A program made the position numbers and the translations under genes. From positions 496,001 through 560,000 of the forward strand of contig JAQGDQ010000105.1 of assembly GCA_030141605.1 (NCBI GenBank): a stretch of DNA of 64,000 bases. The letters run 5' to 3'. Position 1 is the first letter of the stretch; the number at the start of each line of letters is the position of its first letter. The DNA comes from Tubiluchus corallicola (Eukaryota > Animalia > Priapulida). Below the pieces are notes generated by a model. It was not told the DNA's origin. It was given only the letters and a program-made list of their open reading frames with translations, and made no database searches. This document shows, piece after piece, positions 1 to 15,600 of the stretch.

Positions 1-300
1 TAGTAACATTTTTTAAATTTAATAAAGGAAAAAAGTCATTTCCAGTAATGACAGCATACCAGTTCAAAAACATCTAATAAAAATTATTCTGATGTATGAC
101 TCATTACAGAGTTGTAATTTCAAATATCCTGTCGAGTTTTTTAAGTGGCGTTCATCTTTCAGTGTTTTAGCATTATTATTTCTTTCATTGAATTAAATTT
201 ATGCTCAGGCTATATGAGAAGTGTTTAAGAAAATAAGCAGCAGAAGCTGACAAACTATGCTATACGTTGATGGTGCTTTCTAAAGTTGTTATTTTTTCAG

Positions 301-2534
301 TTTACAGAATGTTTTCTCCAAAATGCTCATAAGTGTGGATGACTTTAAATATACGTAAGTTTAGTGTGGCACATTTTAAAAATCATATTATTTCTAAATT
401 GTAGGCATGTCATCATCAGTTGTAATTGTCAAATCGTAAGCCACTTAATAACATTCATGTTTCACATTTAATAACATCAAATTGTGTGTGCAGAATTTTA
501 GCAAAGTATAATCAACCAGTTTTCAAGTAAAGTTAAACTTGTAATTTCATATGTTCTATATATTATAGTAATATGTCATGTTGTATCATAAAAGTCATTC
601 ATAAATAAGTTTTAAAGCAAAACCAGACCCAATATTAAACTGTAGGTTAAAACAATCTGGTCTTTAAAATATTGAAGGGGAACACACTATTTTTTCAAAA
701 ATGAGTTATGTGAAAGAATTATTACCACACAAACACAAGTTCTCGTTTGAGCCATTAGTTTTTCGTTGTTACACGTATTTCGGCATTCGCTAGTTAGACG
801 GGCACTAGTGCCGGCATTTTGGAAATGCATTACACAAAAACAGGTGCTGTACCTCTCAGTTCAGATGTGTTAGTTTCTGACGAACTACGCATGTTCAACA
901 ACTCGTGCGTGAGCACAGCGGTAAATTTGAAATTATCTTAAAACATGATTAGTACAACACACTGAATATTTTACAGTAGCACTGTACTTCAATTTTCGCT
1001 TTCACAAACATGTGCAACACGCTTGTAGCATATTTTTGCTGCTGAAAATAATGTTAGTTTATGATGTCGTCAATAGTTGGGCTTTCCCGTCGTCAATTAA
1101 GTTTTTAACCTATTATTTAATTATCAGAAACACTTTTGCAGTATTAATCATGTTAAAATGTATACTTCTTATCCGAGTTGAAAATGGGGTATTATGTGAA
1201 AAATCATCCTGTCTTCCTTTAAATCAAATGTTGGTATTCAGTAGGCTTGCACATGCATAATTTCAACAAGGACCACTATAAACATTTTATAAGAGTAATT
1301 TATATTTTATTTTTAAATATCTTGTTGAAATAAACGTTCATTTATTTTGTCCCATTGCATTGAATAAAATTTATGTCACAGTAATTTTATTTGTGCGAAA
1401 TGTGTCAGAGCACTGTGTAGGGTTGTCACATGAATTACTGATATTCTTGTATCGTGTTTTAGTCCTGCAGAACTGCAGTTTTACACCAGCATGGCTTCTG
1501 TTGTGGTAGAAATACCAGCTCTGATGATAATGATGGATTTTGATGGAGTTGAGCAATCAATGAATAGAACTCTTGTATTTGCACTTTTTATTGATGGCTT
1601 GTTCTTTCACTTTCAAAGTATAACAGCATATGTCTTGATGAGCTACATATCACCAGTTACTCACAGGTAACTTGTGTTTTAAGTATTTTTTGTTTATATA
1701 TTTTTAAAGACGTCAGTTTCTAAAACTTGTGTAGTGATCTTAGTAGAGAATAATGTCACTTATAAGCTGTTTCTGAGTGGTATAAGTTTGGTATAAGTAT
1801 ATGCACCATAAAAAAACCTATGGAGTATTTCTCCAACTTCAGATTCACAGCTACACAAAGAATTAAAAAATGTTTCAACTTAACGTTTTAAGTACAGCAA
1901 TTTGACTAATGCCAAAGCACTTAGTAAGCTGTATTCTAAGGTAACGTTTCAGGAGGCAGTTCATCTTTGCTGCTCAGTTAATCTTACCCTTTAAATTCCT
2001 CTAGAAGTTACAATTCTTAATTTTGTAAATGACTGTTATTACTAATGCCTAACTTTCAGACTGTTTGTCTATAAATATCACTGTAATAAACCCCTCCATT
2101 TAACTTTTTGGTAATCGGTGTAAAATAGTGGTCAGTTGATTGATAGTGGTAAAAGAACTTTTATGGCGAGCAGCTAGGCCAAGGTTTATCAGAATTCTAA
2201 CTTAACCATTTGTTGATCTGTGACATAACAAATAAGTTTATTTGTTTCTTGTTTTATCTTAGATGTACACAGTATTAATAATGTGTGTCATCTTTGTGTT
2301 TTACACTAAATATTGTTCACTGCGTGTTATTTTATTTGAAGTGTTGCAAACACCGCAAAAAGAGCACTCCTGATCTGGTTATCAGTTGTTGTTTTTGGGA
2401 ATGCTGTTACCTTTCTCAGTGGCCTTGGTACAGGTATAGTATTAGTTGGTGTTGTACTGTACAACCAAGCTCGACACTACGAACTCAAACGACTCGTTCA
2501 ATATCACCAGCTCAAACAAGCAGTTACAGTATAA
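301..2534 (+). CDS. SLC35E2: Solute carrier family 35 member E2-like nucleotide-sugar/triose-phosphate-type transporter, last 3 coding exons (5' part outside window)
   Basis: Exons 301-354, 1463-1666 and 2342-2534 have GT-AG boundaries and consistent phase 2. Translation LQNVFSKMLISVDDFKYT/PAELQFYTSMAS...DGLFFHFQSITAYVLMSYISPVTHS/VANTAKRALLIWLSVVVFGNAVTFLSGLGTGIVLVGVVLYNQAR...V* matches the recalled SLC35E2 C-terminal half (LQNVFSKK, PELQFYTS, ISPVTFSVA). Confidence 0.92.
676..1218. mobile_element. Putative Kolobok-type non-autonomous DNA transposon (degenerate)
   Basis: Termini ttga|AGGGGAACAC ... GTCTTCCT|ttaa resemble the TTAA|AGG...CCT|TTAA ends of Kolobok MITEs. The TIR match is short and the left TSD carries a mismatch. 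Confidence 0.35.
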
Positions 2535-5500
2535 CCCACCTGCTCACTGCGTCTCAAAGATTATCAATGTCTGAGATTGTGAAATGTTTGGTTTCATAAT
2601 AGACATATCTGGGAAAATGCAAAGCTTGGGACCAGGAAACAGATTTCACGTTTCACGAAGTAGGAGACACTTTTTGAAATTGATAAGAGATTAGCAGTTA
2701 TTCGCTATTTACGAGATGCGATGTATTATTTGCATACTGGAAAAGAGTATTATGTAAATGCACGAAAGGCCATACAAAGAATTTAAGTTATCTTAAAAGT
2801 TATTGTTGTATGTATTTTGAATTCAATATAAGGAAGACTTACCTGAATTATAAATGTTGTATCAAGCTGTTGGCTAATCGTTATCACTATTTACATTTGA
2901 GAATTATGAATCTTGCTGATTGGCAGTTGCGTCTAAAATGCAAAATTGCAAAGCGAATTCGAGAAAAGCATGGTATTGGGTAACAGCTCAGCGGGTGCTT
3001 TTCCTGAGGACTGCCATTTGTAAGAGTAATTACGTTTATTTGCTGAATCAGCGTTCATAATTACACTTTATGCAAAATTTATCCATAGCAAAGTATTATC
3101 TGACAATATTCAATTGTTAACCAAAATTAATATCTCAATAATGTAATTGTTAATTTTAATATCCGATCAGTAAGTCTTGTGAATTTATGTTGTTAGTTTC
3201 GTCTTGGTGCTGAACGTAGGTTGCAAATTGGATTGAAAAACATAAGTTGAATAACTAGCTCAGTTAAATGAATAATTTTATATTATTTGAGCTTTTGTGC
3301 TACCACCTTATCTGATGGTATCATTTTAAAGTAGAAGTTTCTACTTTGATAAATTATTTTTGTGATGATTTTGTGGGTTGTATAGATGTACGGTATGATT
3401 TTTGGTTGAGTAGGTGAAAGCAAATGGGGAAATGTAAGAACTTTTGTACCTGGCTGTGATATTTAGACTCAATTTTTTATATTTTAATTTTTATAATTCT
3501 ATTAAAATGTCTGTTTTTATACAAAGTCTTATGTTTATTTTGTTTACTACGTTTTTTTAGAAATCACCATTTGTGATAGTCTTGCTGTGTTAACGTTAAC
3601 AAAGATTTCACTAATGGGGCATGTAAAAATTTTTGAGATGTACATGTTGGTTCTTGCACCTTTTGTGCCCTGGTATTCATTATACAATTAAAAATATCCC
3701 TCAAAGCAAAAGATATTGTGTTTTGGTACATTGCTGTGTATCTTCAGGTGAAAGAAAAAATAAATCACTAAATACAAATTTTTTAATTTTATAAGCACAA
3801 TCTTTAATTAAGTGCAAAGCACAGTCAGCACACATTCTAGCAAATAGGCTGGTGGTACGTAAAAGAAATACAGTAAACTGTTTGTGGGCTGCTGAGCAAG
3901 CAAAGGAAGAATGAGTGCTTGTGGTACTGGCAAAAAACAGAGGTCAACATAAACTTTTTTGTGGCTTAATGCAATAAGGAGAAAACAGAAATTAAAATTA
4001 TATATTGAATCAAAAAATTACGAAAGCTGTAGTTCAATTACATAAATTACAAAATCCATGAAATATTTGCACCTATTCAGTGAGGTGTATTATCTTTACA
4101 AAGTAGTTTTGCTCTTGGCAAAAAATGTATCATCCCAACTAAAAATAATACTAGCAAGAATACAAAGATAAGGGAATGATACACAGCAGCTGAACCATCA
4201 AATACCACAACAGAGGCACTAACTTGCTTGTATCCTGCACATCCTACTTATTTCTTGTGAAGTCAATGGCTTCTGTAAAAAAATATTGGAAGCCGAAGCA
4301 TTTACCATTGCAAGGATCCGTTTTTTTTTTTGAAAAATTTACATTTTAGAATATGAATTGTTGGGACAGATTCATTTCTATACTAAAATGAAAGAAATCA
4401 CAACAAATGTATAAGACAAATCTTAACGGGCATATTTGACAGCCGTGTTGGGAAAGTGAAAAACCAGTCTGCAAAATGGTACAACAAAATTTCAGCCCCC
4501 TTGGTGAAAAGTTTTGGCCTGTGATACAGCTTTCAAAAATAAGTATGACAACAACAAGACCAAATGCTTTAGTGATTCTGTTTAGTGCTGCGCCCAAAAA
4601 ACAAATTAGTAGTTACTAGTTTACTACACAATGTCTAGTAGCATGGCCACAGTTAGCAACAAATTTTTAAATTATTTGCTTGTGAGATACGTACCAGCAG
4701 TAACAACTGCTACAGTAGCAGCAATAATAAGACGGAAAACCACAACGCAAGCCATAGCAGCAAACCTACCAAATATAGTACCTGCAGTTAAGTCGACCCA
4801 TAGTAACTAATAATGCTGTAATAACACCATCAGGACTCCTGCAACAATATAGCTAACAGCAGTTCAAAGATGGCAACATACAGTTTGCACACAAAAAACC
4901 GGCAGTAATAGTGGCAAGAACAAGCTACACCTTAAAAATATGACCATGGTGATACACTTGCTGGTAAGATTCATGCACAGATCAGCAGAGTGAAGTTCAA
5001 TTTATAGGGTGTTGGGGGTGTTAACTCTTCTTTAGTGAAGCTTTTAATTCAGCTTTCCAGTTTTGTACTGACCACTATCAAAAAGTTCTGAGATCATAAC
5101 AAAAAACAAAGACTACAATTGAAAAAACACTGAACAAAAACTTTGTTAAAATGCAATTACAGAAATACAACAAAACCTACACTGAAAAATTTGCTACTGT
5201 CCAACTCACTTAAATACATGTAGATACAATTATGAACAGACATGTTGGCAACCTACAGAGTTATATCAAAACATGGAGAATACAGCACTGTAGTGAAATA
5301 TAATTAATACAAAAAATATGACTCACAACAATTAAAAAATAATGTTTATCTACAAGTCTTTTTACAGAGTCTACATTTCTTTTATACTAGCTATTTCAAA
5401 AACAACTACACCAAACTACGATTTGTAGTATTTATGAGATTTGTACAAGTTTGTATATACACAAAGAATTTTACAACATAAAAGGAAGGCCAAGTAATGT

Positions 5501-6684
5501 ACTTGCTAACAAACGAAATGAAAAGAACCACGCTGGACACACTACTGCTAACAAGAAAAAAATTAAAACGTAAATGAAATTGTTTCACGGTAACAGCATT
5601 TTGTATGAAATAAAGAAATGGTTGGTATATCTCATTTTACTTAAGACGATGATATCATACTCACTAGTTCAAATGAGATCAAGAAACTCAGAACAGTAAC
5701 AGATGCTCACAAATTATTGAAAGAAAAAAGGAGTCTACTTCTGCACTAGCAAAGATATCTTATTAGACAGAAAGTGCATTTACAAGTACCTCATTGATGA
5801 GTTCTTGTCGTTTACAACATGCTGGGAACACCATACATACAAGGGACAAAGATAATGCATCGGAGTTGACAACGGCACTTTCTGAATATACAGAATACTT
5901 GGCAGGTCTTTTTTGAGTTAAAATCAATAAGAACAGTTTGTGAGCTATCCCAGATTTCAAACATTCTGAACATACTGCTGCTACATTATCATCGCACCTT
6001 ATGTGTTATAACCTAAGGCATGTGTTAAGTAACACCACCATTTAACTATTCTACGTTGTATTTCAAAAAACATTTCTCCAGAAAACAACACTACAAGTAA
6101 ATAAAAAAGAACAGAAACACTGTATCTTTAATAACTAATTGGAACTTTGGCAAGAACTGGTAAACTAGATTTAGATAGCTAAATAAAATACTATATACAT
6201 TGTATTCTTAACAATTACTGAAAATTAAAGCCCCTAGTAATAGTTTTAAACATTTACTGTTACTTCTTCAAAAACTAATCACAACATCTTTACAGTAGTT
6301 AACTACTTATTCTGTGCGAGATTTTTACATACATTTTAACTACAAGGACTTTGTATGAAGCTTTAGTAAGGATTCTAGCAAACTGACTTACTCACCATTG
6401 CTTCTACCAAGAACGTTATTTTTTAATTATTAAATGGAAGAGCGATTACATAAACAATGAGCAAGGGCTTCTGGCAGTTTGTTTCCTCTTACACTCTTCT
6501 TTGATTTGGGTGACAACAATTTGTACAAGTGCAACTATATGAAAAGGTGATTGTAAAATATTTAACTGTTTTTATACGTCTTTTCTTTATGAGAAGTGTA
6601 GTAGCATAGCAGATAGCGAATGGATAACCATAGCGAACATACAGAATGAATGGCAAACATGTTGCCCCACTAAAGTATGAGTAT

Positions 6685-9600
6685 TCATGGTTTGTTGAAT
6701 CTGTTAACCAAACAACCACAATGGAATGTTTCCATTTCAACAACCTCTTCGGGGTCCATCCCGCAGCATTCTGTGTGGTACCATTTCTCGCAAGCATCAC
6801 ACTGAACCTAAAAGAAAAATCCATAAAATATCAACCATCTTTCTAAATTTAGTGAACTATACTGTGATAATATCTGAAAATAGCAGCTCGTAACAATAAC
6901 TTATTATAGTAAATTAGAATGGTGTTGCAAAAATAACAGAAATAAATCAAGGCACATAAAAGAGAACTCTAAATCACAAAACTAATGTCAGCGAGTTAAA
7001 GATCATTTTGGATGAATTTTGAACCTGGGTAGTAAAATTGCAGAAATACACACCCACACAACTTTATCAGCAACTGGTTTTGTACAACGCTTTGAGGCAC
7101 ACTCGTCATCATCATAATGCCAATTATAGTCATCATCGAGAGGGACATCGCTTCCAGCCTCCCCAGTTAGTTTTCTTTTCCTGCCTACAATAATACAAAA
7201 AAGTAATTAATAAAAATACAGCCGGTTTTAATTTAACTCATCTAAAATCTGTTTCCTTTGCACTTGTATTTAAGGTTGCCAGTGTGTGTTTTACCAAACA
7301 ATTATTCCAATGCATTCTAACTGGGAGAAAAACTAATGTGGCAAATTAAGTGACAAGAAAAAATCAAGTGATTATTAAATAATATAAGTAAACACAAATA
7401 TTACACTTGTACAGGTCCTTTTCAGATGAATGAAAATTTCTTTTTGTCTGATAAATGATAGAAAATTTTCACTCTGCAGACATTGCAACAACATTGTTAA
7501 CCACTTTATGTCTTTTTTCAATTCAATTTAATAGATTTATTTCGCAATAAACAAACACTTACATATATAATGCATTACAAGTACATGGATAATCAATTTT
7601 TGTTAATTCAAAATTAGGACATAATTCATGCATTCTGCACTAAAGGCCTAATAAAAAGCTAGCCTATGTTAGGTTTCTTTTCATAGTAATTTTTGTATAA
7701 GCACTGTCATATGGCAACTTTGCCATAATGAAATGAAAAAAGCAATTAACTATTGATTTAGTGATTTCTAAGCAATAATAGTTAAATAGCAATATCTTAT
7801 CATCAAAACACTAACCTCTGTTTTTTCTTTTTGGTCCCCTTTTCTTTTTCTTTTGTTGTAGTGACGATAATGACTTGTTGCGTATGTTAGATCTGTTAGA
7901 GTTGGGAATCACTGGCAAGGTGTCTGTTTGGTAGAATGAGTTTCGGGTCGCATTTCCCACCCATGATGACATAAGCGGTGATTTGCTCCTGCAAATGAAA
8001 TCAGAAGCAATTGACTAAAATTCAATATTTCTAAAATTTGTCTTAAAGCCTTTGCAACACATACCAAGGTGATGAGTAATGACTCAATACTTTTACAGTA
8101 ACAACATGCTACACCCGTCTGCTAATTGATTCAGACGGTTAATTAGGTCAAAATACTTCCATCCCAAAGTTAGTCTATTAAGTGGTGTCTACTGTAATAT
8201 ACATTAGTATGGAAAGTCTATCGTGCAGTTGTTTCAAAAAGTCTAGTTTTATTTTTAGTATTTGATTAAGTTAAATTTTAGCTAATTTAAACGTTAACAC
8301 CTTCTCAACTTTTTTAATGCAAAAAGTTCTCAGTGACCCTAACAATTCTAATAAGCTCTGTTTACAAAGGACAACAAAGTTTAAGTGGCTGGTGTACACA
8401 AAAATGTTGTGACTTTTCTAGAATTCTGATAACAGTAACTTGGCAGTTACAAAATTAATTTTGCTAAGAAGGCATTATCAAGTGTGCACAAATGCCAGAA
8501 GAGACTTATAGTCGAAAAAATGTGTGAAAACATGCTTGACTAACAAACTGCCACCTCAAAAAAGGAATGCCTTCACTACTTCAGTCTCTTTCCACAAAAG
8601 TTCTTCTTTCCTGCAAACTGGAAAAGTTACTGACAAAATCGATAAACCAAAGTCTGAAAATTACCTAGAAGAATCACGATGAGAGGCAAAATCGCTTCTC
8701 GACACTGTAGAGGAAGACGATTCATTGACAGAAAACGGTTCATCGAAGCCCTCCATATCCCCACCAGCTCTTGCAGCAAGTTCAGCTACATCTCTGTCCA
8801 CTTCTGGATATCACAGATCTATCATTTTACCATTTGTAAAAAATAACTCCACACACCTAACTTTATAACTTACAAGAATAAAATCTGGTGTGCTAAAATA
8901 CATTCCAGCCTTTTACTAGCAGTTGGATAAAGAGTCACTCGTTGTTCCTTTCCTTAAGCTCATAGTTATTGCTTCTTTGTATCAAATGTTACTGTTTAAA
9001 GTTAAAAAAATTAACATAGCTACAATTTCCAAATAGCAAAGATGATGGGAAGACATCCTCAATTAAGAACAAAAAAAGCCAAAAAGGGCAAAATAAAAGC
9101 AGAATATTTGCACATAACAAAGTTAGTTAATACACATTAAATATATATTTTGGTTATAATCTGTAGTTTGACGAAAGTTGTTACAGGTTCTAAACAAATT
9201 TTGAAATCGTTTATGCAATATTTTGAGCTGTGATTTCCCTTTCTTGTTTTGTTATGTGATGTTTGGTACAATACAATCTGGTATCCAATGCACCTAGGCA
9301 TAGCCTGCTTATTATGTTATTAGTCACTGAAGAACACTGTCAATTAACACAGAACAGGATTTTAAAGACAAAAAAGTTATTATAAAAATTTTAGAGTAAC
9401 AATTCTCTAAGATTGACTTACCATCTTCAGCTTCTATTGAGACGTCTTCAGATTGAATACTGGTATCACTAGCTACAGATGCTGACCTTCTAAAGACAAA
9501 GAAACCTCATTACAGGCGTAGATACAAAACATGTGAAAAGGTAGCGTAAATTTAAAAACGCCAGCTAGAGGGTTTCGGGACTATTTAGGCTCCTCCAATG

Positions 9601-12600
9601 GGGAACAGGGACAAAGCCCTTTGAAGCAAAAAAAAATCCTAGCATTTTAAGTAATTTGGGATTCCAATTTAACAGCAAGTTTGGTTATTTCAGGCTCTGC
9701 CCAAAATCTATACTCCCATTAGCTCTTCAAACTGCAACTTTGATATAAACGCCATTGCTAAAGCAGCCAAAAGCAGAAATAAGAATAAAACGTGCCTACA
9801 ACACTAGCTAGCAGGGTCGCAATTTCAGCAACTGAAGAAATCGTCAAGTGTCAATGATTGTCAGCTCGCTTGGTAGGTTTCCAGTTTTTGCGATATGCTA
9901 GTTATGTACAGCTCGACAAGGGAATAATCATAAAAATTCAGATAAGTACTACCTACATGACTTTATTTAGTCTCTTTTTGTTTAAAAACACAGACACTTC
10001 ATATTAGTTGTATGTATTACATTATATAATATTTTTAATACATATGTTTATTTTGTTTTTATTAAATTTTGCTTTTAGCTGATTTTATTTTATTTTGTAC
10101 AATTATTGAGGTGAGTTCGCACCAGCTCTAATCTTCCACTGCGTTAGCAAATAAATATCTAGCTAATTAACTACCAGTAATATTAACAATGCAGCATGAA
10201 TAAAATAATTAGTAGACAGGTGATGTATTATGTTGTTAAGATTTTAAATCTATTGAAAAAGGTATTTAAAGCTGAAGGCATTTGTGAATGATTTATTTTA
10301 AAGATGCTGTTGTCACTAAACACACAAAGGCAGCTTTTATTAAAAAATTTAAAAATTTAGGTCAGATAGTCTAACTAATCACAAATTCCTAACAATAGTT
10401 GCAAGAATATTGAAAACTCTCATACTATACTATAAACAAACAGAGAAAAAAGAAAAAACAAAAAAATCATTTTTTACTTAGAAATATTTTCGCCTTTTCC
10501 TGAAGAATAACACAGTGTCTTGTCACCCATCACCGAAAGACTAGAATCGTCAGTTTTACTGTTGTTCATTGACTTATCACTGGATGTGTGCAATTTATGA
10601 GATACATGCATGGGGTGCTGTGAAAGACTTCGGCTCTGAGGTATGTACTGTTGTGCATTCAAATGCTGATTAAACTCGTTGCTTTTTTTGCCAAGGCGTG
10701 AAGAGCTGATATGATTTGCCATGCCAGAATGGTTTTGGTTGTTCAGGTCGTCAACTGGAACTCTCTCAAACTGCAGAATAAAAGTCACATTTATCAAAAT
10801 TGCATTTTTGAATTTTGTTTCCCATCCAATTATGCACCGAAATGTTATTTATTTTGACTTGGCTTATTTAAAGTTGGTTTGTCTGGCTAATCCAAGTTCG
10901 AAATTAGCTTGCCATTTGAAGTTGATTGTTGGACACGTTACAGTTTTTTTAATGCACTAATCAAGTACTTTCACTCGTAATTACTATAATTCTTATTTCG
11001 ATTGTAGCTCTTAGTTTGCTAAAAATCATTCCTATACACTGAATAAATCAGTCCAAGGTTATTCCACACCCCAGGCAGTGCTAAAAGTGCTATATTTAAC
11101 TTTTACTTTAGATATTTTACCTGGATGCATCCAACATTCAGTGGTCTATGGTTAAGTCTGACTAAGTACAAAGCCTCTGATAAACATACAACAGGAATGG
11201 GAAACATATGACAGTCAATTCAATAACCTGTTTAGACATAATATTCAATTTGAAATTTTTCACTTAAATTAAATTTGCAGACTTAGTAATATGTCAACTT
11301 TCTAAAACAATATCTAACATGGTTCAAAAGTCTGTTTTCCATTCTGCAGTACAAAAGCTAAAATGTCACAAGCTCATGCAAAACACAACAATTATAAGAA
11401 CAATGCACTCTGATAAACAAAGCCAACAAGTACCAGCAATTGCTTTATTAGGCAAATGTCAATTATACATGTATATATATAAATATACTGAAATGTTCAC
11501 CCGAAATTTAAATTCGGAAGTTCTCTGAGGAGCATATTCACCGGGTTTAACGTTGACCCCATTCAAATGGCCAAACATAATCACATCACCTTCTTTCAGG
11601 GTGCGTTGTCCGTTAACCTGTAAACACCAGTGTAGCTTGTTGAATCTCGAATGTTGCAAATTTTAAAAACACTTTCCTTACAATTTTTTCAAGAATAAAA
11701 GTTAAAATTCCACTATTATGCAATTATAAATAAAAAGATGATCAAATTTTTAGTGGCGTCATGGAAACCAGTTACAGTCAACCACTTAGAGATGAAATAT
11801 ATCAAGTTTGGCATTATAAAGAAGTATATTAAAATTTGCCATAGATGAATCACGAAACAGTCAGACAAATCACGTAAGAATCAGACAAGTATATATTCAT
11901 GTTAGATTCCTCAGTTTTCTACATAAAAGTATAGAATTAAATTATTATGAAATCAATCGTTGCTATTAATGAATAATCTTTTGCCTGCAAAGCATAATCA
12001 ATGTTTACGCAAAGTTCTATACAATAATGACTGCAAATGGTTTCTGTAGTGTGACCAGCTGTACGTAAAAGCAAAATTGCAACATATTAGTTTTAAGAAA
12101 GTAGGCATGTACACATCACATATGACTACAATAATACTTGCTTAGCTATGGAAGAAAAAACAAATCATTGTAAAACTCATTTGCTCCTTATTTTTATTTT
12201 AGTGGAGCACACAGCACTCAGCAGCAAAACAATAATGTATTTCGACCCTTGCGTGATTGATTCTACTTCAATATGGGCTAATTAAAAATTATTGCAAAGG
12301 CTAAAATTGTTGATATTAATAATACAAATGAAAAAAAGGTTTGTAGCCAAAGCCAGCTTTAATTAAATGAGTTTTATTAACTGTTATCACAAATGCGTAT
12401 ATTAAAATAACGGTAAGTACAGTATAATGTAAAAAGAAAAGCTAACAAATAGCAATTACAATGTGTCTTCACTTATTTGAACATACAGTCAAACCTCATT
12501 GTACTGCCCCCTGTTATACCAAGAAATCTCGTTTACCGCCTGCCAAATGGCCAGGAATTCAACTGTACATAAAAATAACCCATAGTACCGCCACCCATTA

Positions 12601-15600
12601 CCCGCCGTCTGCCAGGCAAATTAACATGGGTGTTCAATGGGGTAATACCACCAGTAGTCTCAAGTCTCTCAACTAATGCCAGCGGCTTCTTGATGTAATG
12701 CCCATTGTACGAGGCTGCTACGTGTCTGACTGAGCCATAGACACTGGTTAGACTGGTTAAAAGAATACATGTCATCATGTTTTGATTGCTTGCAAGCTGT
12801 ACTTTGCATTGTATAACCACAATGAATGCACCACACACTGGCATGTAGTCATAAACGGCAACTGACAAGAAAACACGTGGCTCGTTTTTCACCAACAAGA
12901 ATGGTAATAATTTTGCTTGTTTATTAGAATCATTCAAGCAAATCCCAGCAAGAAATTCGAGTTAAGACTTAACCTTTTTTACATACAGACGTCTAATGGA
13001 GCAGTTGGCCTACAATCTTTTACATATGTAATCGAGTACAGATCATGTTTACTATGTAAACAAAAAGTTCTTAATAAACATGATTGATTTTGAGTGAGTC
13101 ATTAATTCACAAATGATTAATTTAATAATTTTTTTTAATTCATTAACCTTTAGAGTGAAAACTGAGAACTCTAATCCGTGTACACTCGTCTGACTGTTTT
13201 ATGATATGTCTATGGGAAAATTTAATGCCAAGCTCGCTATAACACCAACTTTTTTTCTGTTCCCAAAGTGGGCAGTACAAAGTGGTTTGACTGTATTAAG
13301 ATTATACCATAGGGCCAACACAGGCAAAGTTCATGTTGTCCCAATCAAATTTACGATGATTTTAAATAAATGGATTTCATTACATAAAATGGAGGAAGCA
13401 TTAATTTTTTCAGCTTTTAGCTACTGATTTATTTATTATGCTTTGTCATTTTACATTTACTACATTTGTTAAGCTTATATACTGTTATTACATAAACCTA
13501 TTATATGAAATGATGAAAACATCAAGCTTTTTACGGAACAGTCATTGCTCTACCAGACAAAAAATAACATGTGGGGTGAAATGAGATGCGAATACAGGCA
13601 CTTCGAGCCCTGCAATCAAATAAATTAAATAAGCTACTATCTCTTATATTAAATGCTATTGTACGGCATGTTATATAATATATCTCCTTACCATTGCCAC
13701 TAAAGTTGTAGGTTTCTATTTTTCTACAGATAAAGACTAATGCACTCGACACCTACCCTAACATCATTTACGTATGTTCCATTGAGACTTGTATCAGAAA
13801 TCTGATAAACCATGGAACCAGTTTCATCGGGGCTGAACCGAATAGTTGCATGCTGACGTGAGATTAGTTGTGCATAACTTTTAGAATCCAAATAATAGTC
13901 AACCGCAGCTCTTTTTCGGCCAAACACACATGGACTCTTCAATAGCCTAAAATAAAAAACAAATTGGCAACTGATTTGAAATCAAGATAACTGCAAAACG
14001 TAAGCACAAATTTTACAGTACTATATACACAGGCCTAAAGAATAAAATGTAGGATATGTTCAACAAAATTTTAACAGACAGTCAGACACTAAATACCAGA
14101 ATTCAAGCTTGGGCAAATCGGAGCAATATATGAACTATGTAGCTTCCCACCTAAACACATTTAATAATCAAAATCGCGAATGACACTCACTAACGTAGCA
14201 GCCTCTACAATTTTGAACAGCTAGAAGACAAAGCACCAGGACGAACAGATGTAACTACTAGCCAATAAAGTGTCCGCATTGCCTTCGACATATCCAAATC
14301 TACAGTCAATATCTCCAAGTAATTCTTATTTAAGGCTTTTCTAAATCAAGTATATCCTGAAAGAAATTTGACCTCAATAAAATGTCCGCATTGCTTTCCA
14401 CATTTCCAAATCTACAGTCAATATTCTAAGTAATTCTTATTTAAGATTTTTTTAAATCAAATATCCTGAAAAAATTTTTTCTTGATCAAAATGCAAAAAG
14501 GCTAGACTAAGGGAAAAGAGAAAAAGATAGGCCTACTGAATTAAGCAAGAAACAAACAATATTTAAATAAGAACTTCGAAATAAAATTATTAATATTGTT
14601 AGGTACAAAATAAATGTACTGGTCTGTGATTTTAAGCGATAACATTGCAATACATATTTACTTCATACCACTAAAATATCTAGTAAAATATAGATGTAGT
14701 CTCTTAACCTCGTCCTAATATGTAGCAGAATTGGGCGATGTTTACGGCATTAGCCCATATACCGCACAGTGGGAAACTTGGTCCAGCCCATATACTGCTC
14801 GAGGCACTTGCACTCGCCCAAACAGAGTGCGCAGTATATGGGCTGCCCAAATGTCGCAGCAGAAACTGAGCAGAGTTTACCTTAGTGGCAGCATCCGTTC
14901 TCCTTGCTTTATTAATAATAATAATAATTTAAAATAATGTAAATTAATATAATGTAAATAATTAACTTAACAAATAAAATACAAGTAGTCATCAAACTTA
15001 TAATCGGTTCTGGTCAATTAATCGTAATACAAAATGGATGCAAGTCGGACCCATATATGCACCCCTACCTGTAAGATGTTGTGCGAGTACGCACGCTAAG
15101 AATGGCGGCACCTACAGATTAATTTATCGAAACAGATGGCGATTTAAAGTTATTTGTTTAGAAAATAGAAGGAAATGTGTTAGAGTTAGTTTGGTATTTA
15201 ATTAAGTTGAATAGGCTGGGTGCATAATAAGTCAACAGCTACCTGTAATTAATTCTGATCAAGCTTTTTGGATGACCGATGTTAAATTTTGGCCAGCTTT
15301 TTAGGCAATTCTAACATTTCGTTAAGACATTTCGTTTTTATTTTGCCTCACATCAGGTAAGGTACATAGGCAGATGACCCAATTCATTGCCTCTTCTCTT
15401 CATATATCTTTTCTCTTAAGTGCAGTGTATGTGTGAGGTGCGGTATACGTGTGAGTAATCCATTTACCGCTTAACCGCGGTATGCAAATCAACAGTTTAC
15501 ATCTGAAAGTTTTGTAATACCGTGGCTAAGTTGTCCCCCTCCTCTTCTGAAAAAAATTACGTTGTGTACAACACTGCGTGAATTATTAAATTTTGCAGTG

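Noticed and set aside
14263-14478. KCPHC zinc-finger-like peptides and CRISPR-like appearance of the 112-bp duplication
   Set aside because: Only two copies, no spacers, stops follow the motif, and the context is a eukaryotic intron.
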